NCBI GenBank assembly: GCA_965218305.1
Contig: OZ244617.1
Location: 3,522,967-3,586,966, forward strand
DNA length: 64,000 bases
Source of the DNA: an uncultured Candidatus Binatia bacterium
GTDB taxonomy: Bacteria > Desulfobacterota > Binatia > UBA9968 > JAJDTQ01
Reading direction: 5' to 3'
In this document: positions 10,598 through 20,239 of the stretch, one piece after another
Layout: each line of letters begins with the position of its first letter
How positions within the stretch are numbered: position 1 is the stretch's first letter
The notes under the pieces: generated by a model
Told to the model about the DNA's origin: nothing
What the model saw: the letters and a program-made list of their open reading frames with translations, nothing else
Databases searched by the model: none
Position numbers and translations under genes: made by a program

Positions 10598-12106
10598 TCA
10601 CCAACGCAGAACCCTCGAACGCTTGGCGTCGTAGGACTTGATGTAATCGCCGAGCGGATGCCCTTCGTCCCTCATCGACCGGGCTGGATCCCATCCAGAA
10701 AGCAGAAGCTCCGAAGCGCCGTAAATGAACTCCAGGGTTTCCGTAAGGAAGAGGACGACCTCGGCCGTATAGTCGATGTCGCGATCGCCAGGCCCGTGCG
10801 TGTAATAGTTGCGGCATTTCACGGCCAGCGCGATGACCTCCTCCAGTTGCTTCAAGCTGTCTCGGCCGAAATAATTCAGTACGATTTCTGCTCGGTATTC
10901 CACAATGTCGCGAAGCCGCTTGTTGCCTCGAATGCGCCCCAGCGCGTTCAGGACATCCTGCCTTTGTGTCCCGGGGGACATGCTGCACTTGGCCTTCCTG
11001 CTCGCATCCGTGAGAATATTCATGACATCTTCCGGCAGCGGCTGCGCCTCGGGCTTGTCTTTGTTCGGCAACAGATCGAAAGTGTTGGCGGCCGATACGA
11101 TGCCGTCTTCAATGGCGCGGCTCGATGTTCCCGGGAAGCAGCTGAAGAACCGCGCGTTGGCGCTCTTCCTTTTCGCATCGCTGTTCCGCTCCAGCCATTT
11201 CTCCATCACCTCCATGAAGTGGGCGGGACACTGTGACGCATCGATCAGGGTTCCGCTTCGCCTCGCGCCTTCGGGCGCCTCGTTCCACTCATTCGGCCCG
11301 AACACTTCGAGATCACCATCTGGGTCCGCGCGGTATCCGTCTTCGTCCGGTGGCGAGACGAATACCAGCACATCCTTCCACCTTGGCGCGTATCCCATCA
11401 TCCACCCGAAGAACTGGCGGATCTCCCGCATTTTCTCCCACGCGCCTTCCAGCGTGGTCGGATCGTCGTCGAAGTCGACCGTAATGCGCGGCGTGTCCGC
11501 AATGCTGCGCCCAGAGAAATCAATCCGCATCGACCGCCCGACATGCACGGTCCCCAGGACTGTCCGGAATCGCGGCAGGAAATACCAATCCCCCGTGAAG
11601 TAGGACACCATCGCCTTCCCCTTCACGAATTTGCCTTTCAAGTGATCGGGCCTCGTCCTTTCGATGGCGTTCAGGATCGATTCATCTGGATCAAGCAATC
11701 GTCCGAATCTCTCAAACCTGTCGTTCATGAATACGCTCGACTCCACTCCCTCCAGCGTGAACTGGATGCCCCGCATGCACTTCTCATCAATGGCAACATG
11801 CCGCTTCCCAAAGAGCGCGTACCGGAAGGCCACGTCGCCGTGATGTATCGTGAAATCACCCAAGCCGGTCGAGCCCAACATCCCGCCCCCGACGCAGTCG
11901 AGTACCGAGACCCTTCCGGCCTCCGAGATGCCGTGCAGGGAACCGCCGTCGGCGACATGGACGAACTTGTCGTCGGCGATGCTGACGACATTGCTGTCGA
12001 ACAGGCTGCCCCTCCTCAGTTTGAGCTGACCGGCGATCCGGTGTCCTGCTTCGGGATCAAACAGCACCCCAATTGGACGCTCGTACTTGTCGTCTCCGCG
12101 CAACAT
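10598..12106 (-). CDS. ApeA-like protein (N-terminal domain + C-terminal HEPN RNase)
   Basis: C-terminal RNYYTH (Rx4H HEPN motif) after a helical region; length and layout match ApeA-type HEPN proteins. Confidence 0.75.
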   Translation of the reverse strand: MLRGDDKYERPIGVLFDPEAGHRIAGQLKLRRGSLFDSNVVSIADDKFVHVADGGSLHGISEAGRVSVLDCVGGGMLGSTGLGDFTIHHGDVAFRYALFGKRHVAIDEKCMRGIQFTLEGVESSVFMNDRFERFGRLLDPDESILNAIERTRPDHLKGKFVKGKAMVSYFTGDWYFLPRFRTVLGTVHVGRSMRIDFSGRSIADTPRITVDFDDDPTTLEGAWEKMREIRQFFGWMMGYAPRWKDVLVFVSPPDEDGYRADPDGDLEVFGPNEWNEAPEGARRSGTLIDASQCPAHFMEVMEKWLERNSDAKRKSANARFFSCFPGTSSRAIEDGIVSAANTFDLLPNKDKPEAQPLPEDVMNILTDASRKAKCSMSPGTQRQDVLNALGRIRGNKRLRDIVEYRAEIVLNYFGRDSLKQLEEVIALAVKCRNYYTHGPGDRDIDYTAEVVLFLTETLEFIYGASELLLSGWDPARSMRDEGHPLGDYIKSYDAKRSRVLRW

Positions 12107-12542
12107 CAGTTCCCTCCCTACTGCCGGCGGGTGTCTACCTCACCGAATGCATGTTCGCCTTTCTCGTACACCCGAGAACCGAAGCGGCTCCCCGAGGAAT
12201 CCGGACGGAGTGTCATCGGGATGGAAAGGAGCCGTCCCCTTACTACCAAACCACACCATCGCCGCGAGTCATCCACGCCCGCGGGATGGATAACTCCGCT
12301 ACCGTCCAGAACCGGTGCTGCCCTCCAGGGAAAGCCGTCTTCCTGGCAGAGCAGGTTCCGAGAAAACTGGGTTGGCGGCGGCATCGCCTTCTCCACCAGT
12401 ACTAGAAACCCTTGGCCGTATAGCGGAGTGCGACGTCGGTTTTCCATCGCGGTGGGCCGACGGAGCTTCCTACTATTGCCACGGTTCGCCACCTCCGCCC
12501 ATCTGAACCACCGCGGCTTCTGGGTCCCCTTGTACACACCGG

Positions 12543-13264
12543 CTACGGCTCTGCGTATCGCGTGGAGCCGAGACTCCACACCATCCTTTCGGTCATCGCC
12601 GTCTCGGGGCGCTGGGCGTTGGCGCGCTCATGTTCGCGCTCGCGACGCAGCAGACTCCAGAACTTCTTCGGACCGAAGACCTTGACCGGCTCTCCGTTCC
12701 AGTCGTGCTCCAGTTCCAGCGAGTCCTTGGAGTGGTCCGCGATAACAAGCGCACCGCGAACGGGGAGAGACGTGCCGAGATGGTGGCGAACCCGGCACAC
12801 ATTCTCGCCCACTTGGCGTAACGCCGCAGGAAACCTCCGCTTGCTCAGCCAGCACGCCTTGGTTTCCACCACCCAGATCCCGGCTGGTGTCATCACCACA
12901 TGATCGACGTTGCCCGCCCGCCCAGCAGTGCTCCCTTGACGTCATGCGCGAATGCGCAGCCGCGCTGTGCTACGGTGTTCGACGAGATCGCCGACCTGAC
13001 GCTCCGCAGCCAGTCCGCGACCCCATGTGGCGACGAGGTGACGGCATATTGAGTACACCGCACCCAGCCCTACAACCATCACACCCAGCGTGACCCACGC
13101 CGTGAGAATTTCAGGTCACCTGTCGAACACGGCAAAGCCTCGGACCATAAATCCCAATCCGAAACCCGCTAAAGCCATGTAAACATGCCGATCGAAGCTG
13201 CACGGGAGAAGAGTTCTCCCCGCAGCCAATCACCGGCCGCATTCTTTCGCCCCGTCTTCTCCAT
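12543..13264 (-). pseudogene. membrane-anchored NERD-domain nuclease, disrupted
   Basis: Pieced across frames: MEKTGRK...two hydrophobic segments...WGRGLAAERQVGDL...AFAHDV...GNVDHVVMTPAGIWVVETK; one in-frame TGA and at least three frameshifts. Confidence 0.7.
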
Positions 13265-13343
13265 GCTCCTCCCCCGTTGACGATCAGCCTGAGCTGCGCG
13301 TCCTAACCGCGACCGTCCCTTCTGCTGGCGGAAACGCAGGTTG

Positions 13344-14366
13344 TCAGGCGTCTGCCTCAAGATATTGGCGGAGTTCACGGGCGAGGCGTTCAGCTTCCTC
13401 CGCTGTGAGATATGGCACCTTGATGGTTCTCGCCCAAAAGAAGGTCCTGCCGGTGACCTCGGAAACCATGCTGGGTGGCATAGCCCTCAAATCGCCGCCC
13501 CGAGCGGGGACAGGGGTCAGGAACTTGACGCGCCGATAGCGCGTTTCAGGATCGCGAGCTTGCACCGGCGCGTTCTCGACCTTGGCTGCCGCGACTACTC
13601 CTGCGCCGACATGGGAGAAGAAAACGGTGTCTCCGGGGTGGAGGTAGTCGATGAACCGCTGGGCATCGCCGTATGCTGCAACGTATTCATTCTCCATCAT
13701 TTCCCAAAGCGCTTCTTCGTTGTAGCTGCGGTTGGTGTCGAACAGCACGCCCTTCGCTTGTCCGGGGTTGCGGTGCTTGTCGTACGGTAGAGCGAAGAAT
13801 TCGAAGTATTGCTCGTCTGCCAACTCGTAGACACGGTAGGGAAGAAACTGGATAGAGATCCCCTGCCGTCGCCAGTAGTCGACCGCATTTATCAGGCTCT
13901 CGTCAGCGGCGTTGCCGATGATCACAAGGTGCTGCCGCGTGTTGATCTCCTTGGCATCCAGGGGCCTGTCGAGAGAGAACGCCTCCTGATGCGCGCAGAG
14001 GAGATCGCTCTTGTCATCGGTATACCGACGATACTTGCCTTCGAGCTGGGCAAAGTTCCATTGGCCGGCATCTTGGGCGTACCGAAGTACCTGGATGAGT
14101 GCATCGTCTCCGGCTGAACCGCGTTTCAGTTCGAAAATGAAGAGATCTCCTCTCTCGTCCAACGCGTAGATGTCTGCCTCCGCTTGGAAGGTACGTTCCC
14201 GGAAGACGGGCATGAGGCGCGCGTCTTCAAACAGCAAGTCGAGGATGTTTGCCGCGATGAGGCTCTCGAGATCCCTTTCCCGCTGGCCGAAGTTCGAGAA
14301 GTCCGTGAAGGGAACAGGCTCGAGGCCGTCGAAGGTCCCTGACGTTACGGTGAGCTTATAGAGCAT
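13344..14366 (-). CDS. NucS/EndoMS-like PD-(D/E)XK endonuclease fused to a C-terminal EVE/PUA-like domain
   Basis: ERDLESLI...ADIYALDERGDLFIFELKRG; C-terminus ...LHPGDTVFFSHVGAGVVAAAKV...RRVKF. Start placed at MLYKL (AGGA RBS). Confidence 0.7.
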   Translation of the reverse strand: MLYKLTVTSGTFDGLEPVPFTDFSNFGQRERDLESLIAANILDLLFEDARLMPVFRERTFQAEADIYALDERGDLFIFELKRGSAGDDALIQVLRYAQDAGQWNFAQLEGKYRRYTDDKSDLLCAHQEAFSLDRPLDAKEINTRQHLVIIGNAADESLINAVDYWRRQGISIQFLPYRVYELADEQYFEFFALPYDKHRNPGQAKGVLFDTNRSYNEEALWEMMENEYVAAYGDAQRFIDYLHPGDTVFFSHVGAGVVAAAKVENAPVQARDPETRYRRVKFLTPVPARGGDLRAMPPSMVSEVTGRTFFWARTIKVPYLTAEEAERLARELRQYLEADA

Positions 14367-14458
14367 TCCGGTTCCTACCTGTACGAATTTGAGCCGTTGG
14401 AAAAAGCTCCACGGCGTGGCCTCCCAATAGTGTGCACAAAAAAGGACCTGATTTCGGG

Positions 14459-14935
14459 TCACTCTGTTCGTGCCGGGCACTTCGGGATCAGGTGGGCATG
14501 CAGGATGGCGTGCACCTCGTTCTTGAGCCGGGTCCTGTGCCGTACCACCTGGTAGCGTCGGGCCACCAGCCGGCGCAGCCGCTCAGTGGCCGCGTCCGGC
14601 GTCCACACCTCGGGCAGATAGCCCGCCGCATAGAGGCTCGCGAGCGTGCCCGCGTCCACCTTGTCGGTCTTGATACGGGCATGGGCGATCGCCTTCACCT
14701 GCAAGGGATTCGCGAACACCACCCGCTTCACCAAGGGTGTCAGCACGCGTGACACCGCCATGCAGTTCCCTGTCGCCTCGATCACGACTTCGTCCGTCGC
14801 CCGAAGGCTCCGGCCGAAACCCTCCAGCCCCGTGCGGGGCATGTCCACCCGGCCCGCCCGATGCAGGGCTCCCTTGTCCCAGATCACCACCTCGCCGAAG
14901 GTCCGATGGATGTCGATGCCGATGACTCGTCTCAT
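14459..14935 (-). pseudogene. IS110-family recombinase, N-terminal RuvC/DEDD half only
   Basis: MRRVIGIDIH...VVIEATG...ANPLQVKAI...KTDKVDA; truncated after IPKCP with no C-terminal serine domain; GGAGGAGG RBS. Confidence 0.9.
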
Positions 14936-15180
14936 GTTCGCCTCCTCCTGTCCAAAGATGACGGGAGCGGCGGGCAACACGACAACTACGGATTCGCGCT
15001 CTCGGCGCAACCGGGCGAGTCGCAAAGGCGGCCAGCTACTAAACACGAGCTCGCAGCTCATCGTATACATCGGCCTGCCCGCACCTTCGTGCTCCCGGTG
15101 CCTCAGTCCCGGATGGTCGCACCATACGCCACGATCACGAAGACCGCAGCTGAACATCGGCACCAGAATCTTCATACCGG
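14936..15180 (-). ncRNA. IS110 left non-coding end, candidate bridge RNA
   Basis: About 245 nt upstream of the recombinase with nested stems: 14962-14968 pairs with 15091-15097, and 14970-14976 pairs with 15076-15082. Confidence 0.5.
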
Positions 15181-15610
15181 TTACTAACTCATGGGTGAGA
15201 CAAAACGGGGAGCAGGTCAGTGTTTATGGACAACCAACCTTTCAGGAGAACACCATGACCACCAAAGACAAGGCCACCCGGCGGAAGCTGAGCTTGCTGG
15301 AGCTGGCCCAAGAGTTGAGTAACGTGTCAAGGGCGTGCCGCATAATGGGCTACTCACGCCAGCAGTCTACGAGATCCGACGCAACTACCAGACCTACGGG
15401 GCGGAAGATCTCATCGACCGGCTGCCGGGTGCCCGGGGGCCGCATCCCAACCGGGTCTCCGAGGAGGTGGAGGCCGCGATCCTCGCCCACGCCCTGGATC
15501 ACCCCACCCACGGCGCCCTGCGGGTCGCCCAGGAGCTCTCGCTTCAGGGCGTGCAGGTTTCGTCCGGAGGGGTCCGCTGCGTCTGTTCCCGTCACAAGCT
15601 CTTGACCAAA
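15180..15610 (+). pseudogene. IS481-family transposase, 5' remnant
   Basis: ATG 15255 MTTKDKATRRKLSLLELAQELSNVSRACRIMGYSRQQ, frameshift near 15366, then YEIRRNYQTYG...PHPNRV...GVR; truncated before the DDE core. Confidence 0.85.
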
Positions 15611-15624
15611 CTGCCCAAATGCGG

Positions 15625-16703
15625 TCGAAGCTAGCACGACTGTCCAGTCCCTTGCTGGCGACGACTGGCCGGACCGATTCTTCCAAGTGACCGTCGACCG
15701 GGTGACCCGACACGCCGCTTCAACCATTCTCAACCAGGATGCCGTTAGGAGCTACATCGGCGAAGTCTGCCCAGTCCCCCTAACCTACTCCTTCCCGCTT
15801 GCATGCGAAATCCGCGACTTCCTCGCCGCCCACACGGACTACTTTGTGCTCGACGTTCGCCTCAACGGAGACCACGCGCCGATCGTTCGGCCTTTCGGAC
15901 AGGCCATCCCCCTAACGGATGACTATTCGGCCGTGTTCGAGCGGTTGGAAACACGCGTCGTTCCTCAGGTCGACCAAGACCACCCTGCCGCTGTTCTGTG
16001 GATAGCCCATACACCGTATATCGGCTCCATACCCGACGATTTGGCATTCGCGGCCTTCGCGCACGTGCCGGGAACATCCAGATAGGCTGGGACAACATAT
16101 TCGAACACCTCTTTCACGAAACACGGTTCAACGGTTGGTGCATCGGTGAAGTCCATATAGTCGACAGTCGCATAGTTCCGAACGGTCGCCGCGACTACTT
16201 CGAGCCGGGCCCCCATCTCCGCAATCTTGAGAACCACATCGGCGCGATCGCCCACGAAATAAACTCCCAGTGTCGTCGCGCGTCATCGCAGCGAAACAAG
16301 CTCCGTGCCGTTAGAACGGCAATTAGTCAGGTAAAACGTGCGCGCGACCTCGCCGCTTCCGGGTACCTCTGCGCAGAGGACGCCGCCGAACTGCTTCTAC
16401 GCCAGCGCGAGCGCCTTCCCCAAATCAGGGAGACCCTCCAACAGTTTCAAGGCGCGACCTCACACCTTGAGTTAGTTAGACGAACTCGACTTCTGCAAGA
16501 GTCAGCTAGACGCGGTCGAGCTCGATGCGAAGCTGTCGCTCAAGGGCGTGCCGCGTCAGGCCGTGGGCACACTTCGATGGGCCTTCGGTGCGCTTGCGAA
16601 ATCCATGCCACCGGATACTGCCCTGGATACGATCGAAACCATCTTAAATAGGCTGACCAACAACCCGTCGACCGCCCTTACTGTCAATAGACCCAAGAAC
16701 TGA
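15625..16703 (+). pseudogene. C-terminal part of an HSP90/MutL(GHKL)-like defence-associated ATPase
   Basis: Joined frames read ...WIAHTPYIGSIP/RRFGIRGLRARAGNIQIG...IGEVHIVDSRIVPNGRRDYFE...; frameshifts near 16033 and 16470; the ATP-binding N-terminus is missing at the IS481 junction. Confidence 0.5.
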
Positions 16704-16973
16704 CGGCCAGTGGCGTGCGCCCGGAAAATGGACAAAATCTGACCATGGCTTGAAGCCGGAATACCACCAAACCGGCTGTTGAATGAGTTCGGAAAGCATC
16801 CTGACCGCTACGTGAACGAGCCGGACGAGGCCACTACCAATGGTCACGCAACACAGCGATTCAGGTAGCCAGCGTTGTGGCGGCTCACCGTTTGATTTAC
16901 AGCGAATCGATTGCGCAAGTGGGGGAGGGACGGACCAGCAGCGGCACTTGTCAGACCTCGCGGCTCTTGATGG

Positions 16974-18491
16974 CTACACTTCGCGTGCTCTTTCTCCCAG
17001 CAAGTAGTCCAATTCTTGGGGTCCTACTTCGTTCATGTTTGAAAGATGCCGTGTCAGCGCGACACGGCTTACCTGAATTCGGTCTGCCAGCCGGCCAATA
17101 CCGTGCTTCAAGTCAGCCAAGCCCGTAGCCGCTGGAGGACGGCTAGCCCGGCTTGGCGGCATCAACAACATTGCCGCGAAAGCATTCGCTCGTTGTTCAA
17201 CCGATGGCGAAGCCCATGGTGTACTGCTATGCGCCAACGAACGTGCACGACTCCGATCGAACAATATATGGCACAGTTCATGAGCCAACGTAAAACGTCT
17301 ACCGCGGTACTTGTTCTTCGAGTCGTCTTCGTTCACAAGAATGGTAGGTTGTAAGTCTCTGCCTGCAAATGCCACCCCACGAGGGCCTTGTTCCCCAAGA
17401 CCTACATTCTTCACCGTCACACCCAGGGCGTCAAGTATAGCGTCTATGTTTGTCGTCGCTGACTTGGGGTTTGGATCGAGGTCGTCCAACACATCTAGTG
17501 CGCACGAGTACCCATTGTGCCACGGAGAGGATGTCGACCAAGCGGGCTCATCGGAGAATCTCTCCGCCAGCGATGCGGACATGCCCCCATTAGTCTTCGC
17601 GTTGAAGTACTCCGCCAACAAGTTCGCCGCCGCTTCCTTTGAGATATCTGGCGCGAGGTCACCGAACATCGCGACTTCTGGGGCGAGGTTGCCCAACCAA
17701 CATCGACCGGACAACTCCGGCAGCTCAGCGTGGGCTCGGATCGCTTTTTTGAACGTCTTAGTAAGCGACCCGGGCTTTGGACTGGAATCAAGGAACCATG
17801 ACAGCGCCGTTTCTGCTGGCAGGGCACGCGTCTCTCTCCATTGTCTTCTCAATTCCGTTTCCCACTCAGATCCGCACACTTGCTCTTGTGCGCAAAACCA
17901 CTCCACTGCATCGTAAAAAGTTCGCGCAACGACGTCTACCGGTGCGCGAGCGATTCCATCCTCCACGATAAACCTTGCGGGGTCCGCGCCCGGTTGAACC
18001 CTGTCGCCCCAAGAGAACTCAATTTCGTCTTCCATTCGCTGAAAAAAGACGTCCGGAAGAATGCCGCCCTCGGAAGCGGCACGAAGGGCGTGGCGTTCGG
18101 CCCATTCTTGCCAACAAAGAAAACGGTCAAGATCGTCCCCCGCGCTCTCCAACATCGCCAAATACGCGGCGCGAGCCGAACGTGGTCGACTATCCCCGAC
18201 ACGTCCCCCAGGCGGAAGCCGTTTTTCATGAAGAAGTGGCATCCAGTTCGCTACAATCCATCGGAACAATGGCGCCAGGAACCATCGAACCCCGTGGACC
18301 TCAGCCAAACCGTCTTTTGTGTCCAATTGAAGCGCACACAAATTGACCTTAGCGACCCAAAGACGCCATTCACCCCAAGAATTGACGCTCCGTTCGGGCG
18401 CAATCCCGCGCACTTCCTCGGACTCCAACCGAACCTGAAGAGCGAAAGAAGAGTGGTCGCCAAAAGTGATAAACTTTTTATCGGCCTCCAA
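16974..18491 (-). CDS. ImmA/IrrE-family Zn metallopeptidase with a large unknown N-terminal domain
   Basis: RRFTLAHELCHILFD (HExxH) and EQRANAFAAMLLMP; TTG start at 18491 with GGAGG 8 nt upstream. Confidence 0.85.
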   Translation of the reverse strand: MEADKKFITFGDHSSFALQVRLESEEVRGIAPERSVNSWGEWRLWVAKVNLCALQLDTKDGLAEVHGVRWFLAPLFRWIVANWMPLLHEKRLPPGGRVGDSRPRSARAAYLAMLESAGDDLDRFLCWQEWAERHALRAASEGGILPDVFFQRMEDEIEFSWGDRVQPGADPARFIVEDGIARAPVDVVARTFYDAVEWFCAQEQVCGSEWETELRRQWRETRALPAETALSWFLDSSPKPGSLTKTFKKAIRAHAELPELSGRCWLGNLAPEVAMFGDLAPDISKEAAANLLAEYFNAKTNGGMSASLAERFSDEPAWSTSSPWHNGYSCALDVLDDLDPNPKSATTNIDAILDALGVTVKNVGLGEQGPRGVAFAGRDLQPTILVNEDDSKNKYRGRRFTLAHELCHILFDRSRARSLAHSSTPWASPSVEQRANAFAAMLLMPPSRASRPPAATGLADLKHGIGRLADRIQVSRVALTRHLSNMNEVGPQELDYLLGERAREV

Positions 18492-18842
18492 CGACCTGTC
18501 CTCCGAAGGAATCTCGGACCTGCCGCCGAGTCCTGTATGTCCGCAAATCCTTGCGAGACACAAGGCCAGCATCAAGCCACCGCTTCTTTAGTTGCGGATC
18601 CATTTTGTCCCATGCCTCAGGGTAGCCGTGCCAAACCTCTTCGTTGTTCGAGTCTTTTGTGCTACGAACCCGATACCGTTTCGCGTGGCCTGCAGTGTTT
18701 TCCCTACAGGCTCCGCCGTTTTGAGAAGCTCCTGTGCGATAGACGCGCTCCACTTGGGACACTTGACTCCGGGATTCTCCGCAGTGATCGGTTCGCAGTG
18801 CCGTGGACTTGCTTCGTATATTCGCGCTAGAGGTTTACCCAT
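18478..18842 (-). pseudogene. small toxin-like protein with WHGYP motif, split by a 1-nt frameshift
   Basis: Frame 1 MGKPLARIYEASPRH...KCP...FVAQK joins frame 2 DSNNEEVWHGYPEAW...GGR* at the A4 run (plus-strand TTTT 18655-18658); the 3' end overlaps the peptidase start. Confidence 0.6.
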
Positions 18843-19256
18843 AGTGCGGAACCATTTGGTTGGCGTGGCCGTCAGTGGTTATCTCTGTCGTCTCTTGTGT
18901 AATCGCGGTCTTCGGGTGACTGTAGGCATCTAGGCTCTTTTCGGTAGTAGGACGCCTACCTGACAACCGTCAGCCTTGGAGAATCGGCTGCCAATCAGCC
19001 TATATCCCACAGAATCGCGTTGACTACCACACATTACGACGTAATTAAATCGCTGATTCAGTCCTACTCGTGATAGACAGCGGTTGCAGTCGCCGTAAAA
19101 TTTCCTTGTGGCCCTTCCGCGGGGTTTCGCCGCGTTTCCTCTTTCCTTCCCGGCGCCAATCCGTGCATTTTTCGCAGCCCTGCCAGGGCCTACCGTGCCG
19201 AGTCGCAGATACGTCCGAGCGAGACCGCCGTTCAAGTTTGAAACCCGCCGGTGTCC

Positions 19257-20042
19257 TCAGTGCATCAACCGCCCCCCGGAGACATTCAAGGCCTCGCCGG
19301 TTGTATGGGAAGAGTCGCTGGAGGCGAGGAACAGTGCGGCGCTGGCCACTTCCTGGTGCTGAGCGTGCTTCCGCAGCGGGGTCTGTGCCAGGACGCTCTT
19401 CTCCAGGTCCTCGAAGGAGACGCCGAGGCCCTTGGCGCGGTCCCGGTACATGTCCCGCAGGTCGGCTTCGTCCATGCCGCCGGGGCAGATGACGTTGGCG
19501 CGCACGCCCGAGGGGCCGGCCTCCTTGGCGATGGTCTGGGTCAGTCCCAGAAGGCCCCATTTGGCGGCGCACAGGGAGCCGCGCAGCGCCATGCCCTCGC
19601 GACCGGCGGTGCCGGAGATGCTGACGATGCTGCCGCCTTTCTGCTCCGTCATGACCGGCAGCGCGGCCTTGCAGCAGAGGAAGATCGCCTTCAGGTTGAC
19701 GTTGAGGACCGCGTCCCATTCTTCCTCGGTGATTTCGTGCACCTGCACCATGGGGCCGCGGAAGCCGACGCTGTTGACCAGGATGTCCAGCCGGCCCCAC
19801 TTGTTCACCACGTCGGCTACCATTTTGTCGACCTGCGCCGAGTCGGTGGCGTCGGCGGTCAGCGCCGCGGCCTCGCCGCTCTTTTGCTGGATGGCCTGGA
19901 CCACGCCGTCGAGCTCGGGTTTCATCTTCTCGAGGTCCACCAGGACGATCTTTGCGCCTTCACCCGCGAAGGTGTGGGCGATGGCCTCGCCGATGCCCCG
20001 GGCGCCGCCGACGATGACTGCGACTTTGTCTGCGAGCTTCAT
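19257..20042 (-). CDS. SDR-family oxidoreductase
   Basis: VIVGGARGIG, DILVNSVG, catalytic position reads LCAAKWG, RANVICPG; AGGAGG RBS. Confidence 0.95.
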   Translation of the reverse strand: MKLADKVAVIVGGARGIGEAIAHTFAGEGAKIVLVDLEKMKPELDGVVQAIQQKSGEAAALTADATDSAQVDKMVADVVNKWGRLDILVNSVGFRGPMVQVHEITEEEWDAVLNVNLKAIFLCCKAALPVMTEQKGGSIVSISGTAGREGMALRGSLCAAKWGLLGLTQTIAKEAGPSGVRANVICPGGMDEADLRDMYRDRAKGLGVSFEDLEKSVLAQTPLRKHAQHQEVASAALFLASSDSSHTTGEALNVSGGRLMH

Positions 20043-20177
20043 ACCGTTCCTCCTGAAAGGCTTTGGTCTCCGTGTTGTGGTGTCAGATTGGGCGACGGCT
20101 CCTCTTTCCGCCATTGGCACGGATATGGGCCGATCCTCCGAATCCGTCTTTATCACGAAAAGACCGCCAATGCCCGG

Positions 20178-20237
20178 AGCGTCATCCCGCACGCCACAGC
20201 GTCATCCCGCACGCCACAGCGTCATCCCGCACGCCAC
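20178..20237. repeat. 20-bp tandem repeat x3
   Basis: AGCGTCATCCCGCACGCCAC repeated three times with no spacers, running into a REP. Confidence 0.95.
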
Positions 20238-20239
20238 AG

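Noticed and set aside
13105-13125. In-frame TGA in the NERD gene (and in IS3 near 48647) as selenocysteine or other recoding
   Set aside because: There is no Cys-equivalent context or SECIS-like hairpin, and both genes carry other lesions; simple nonsense mutations suffice.
20178-20237. Tandem 20-bp repeats as a mini CRISPR array
   Set aside because: The units are contiguous with no spacers, they derive from the adjacent REP, and there are no cas genes.
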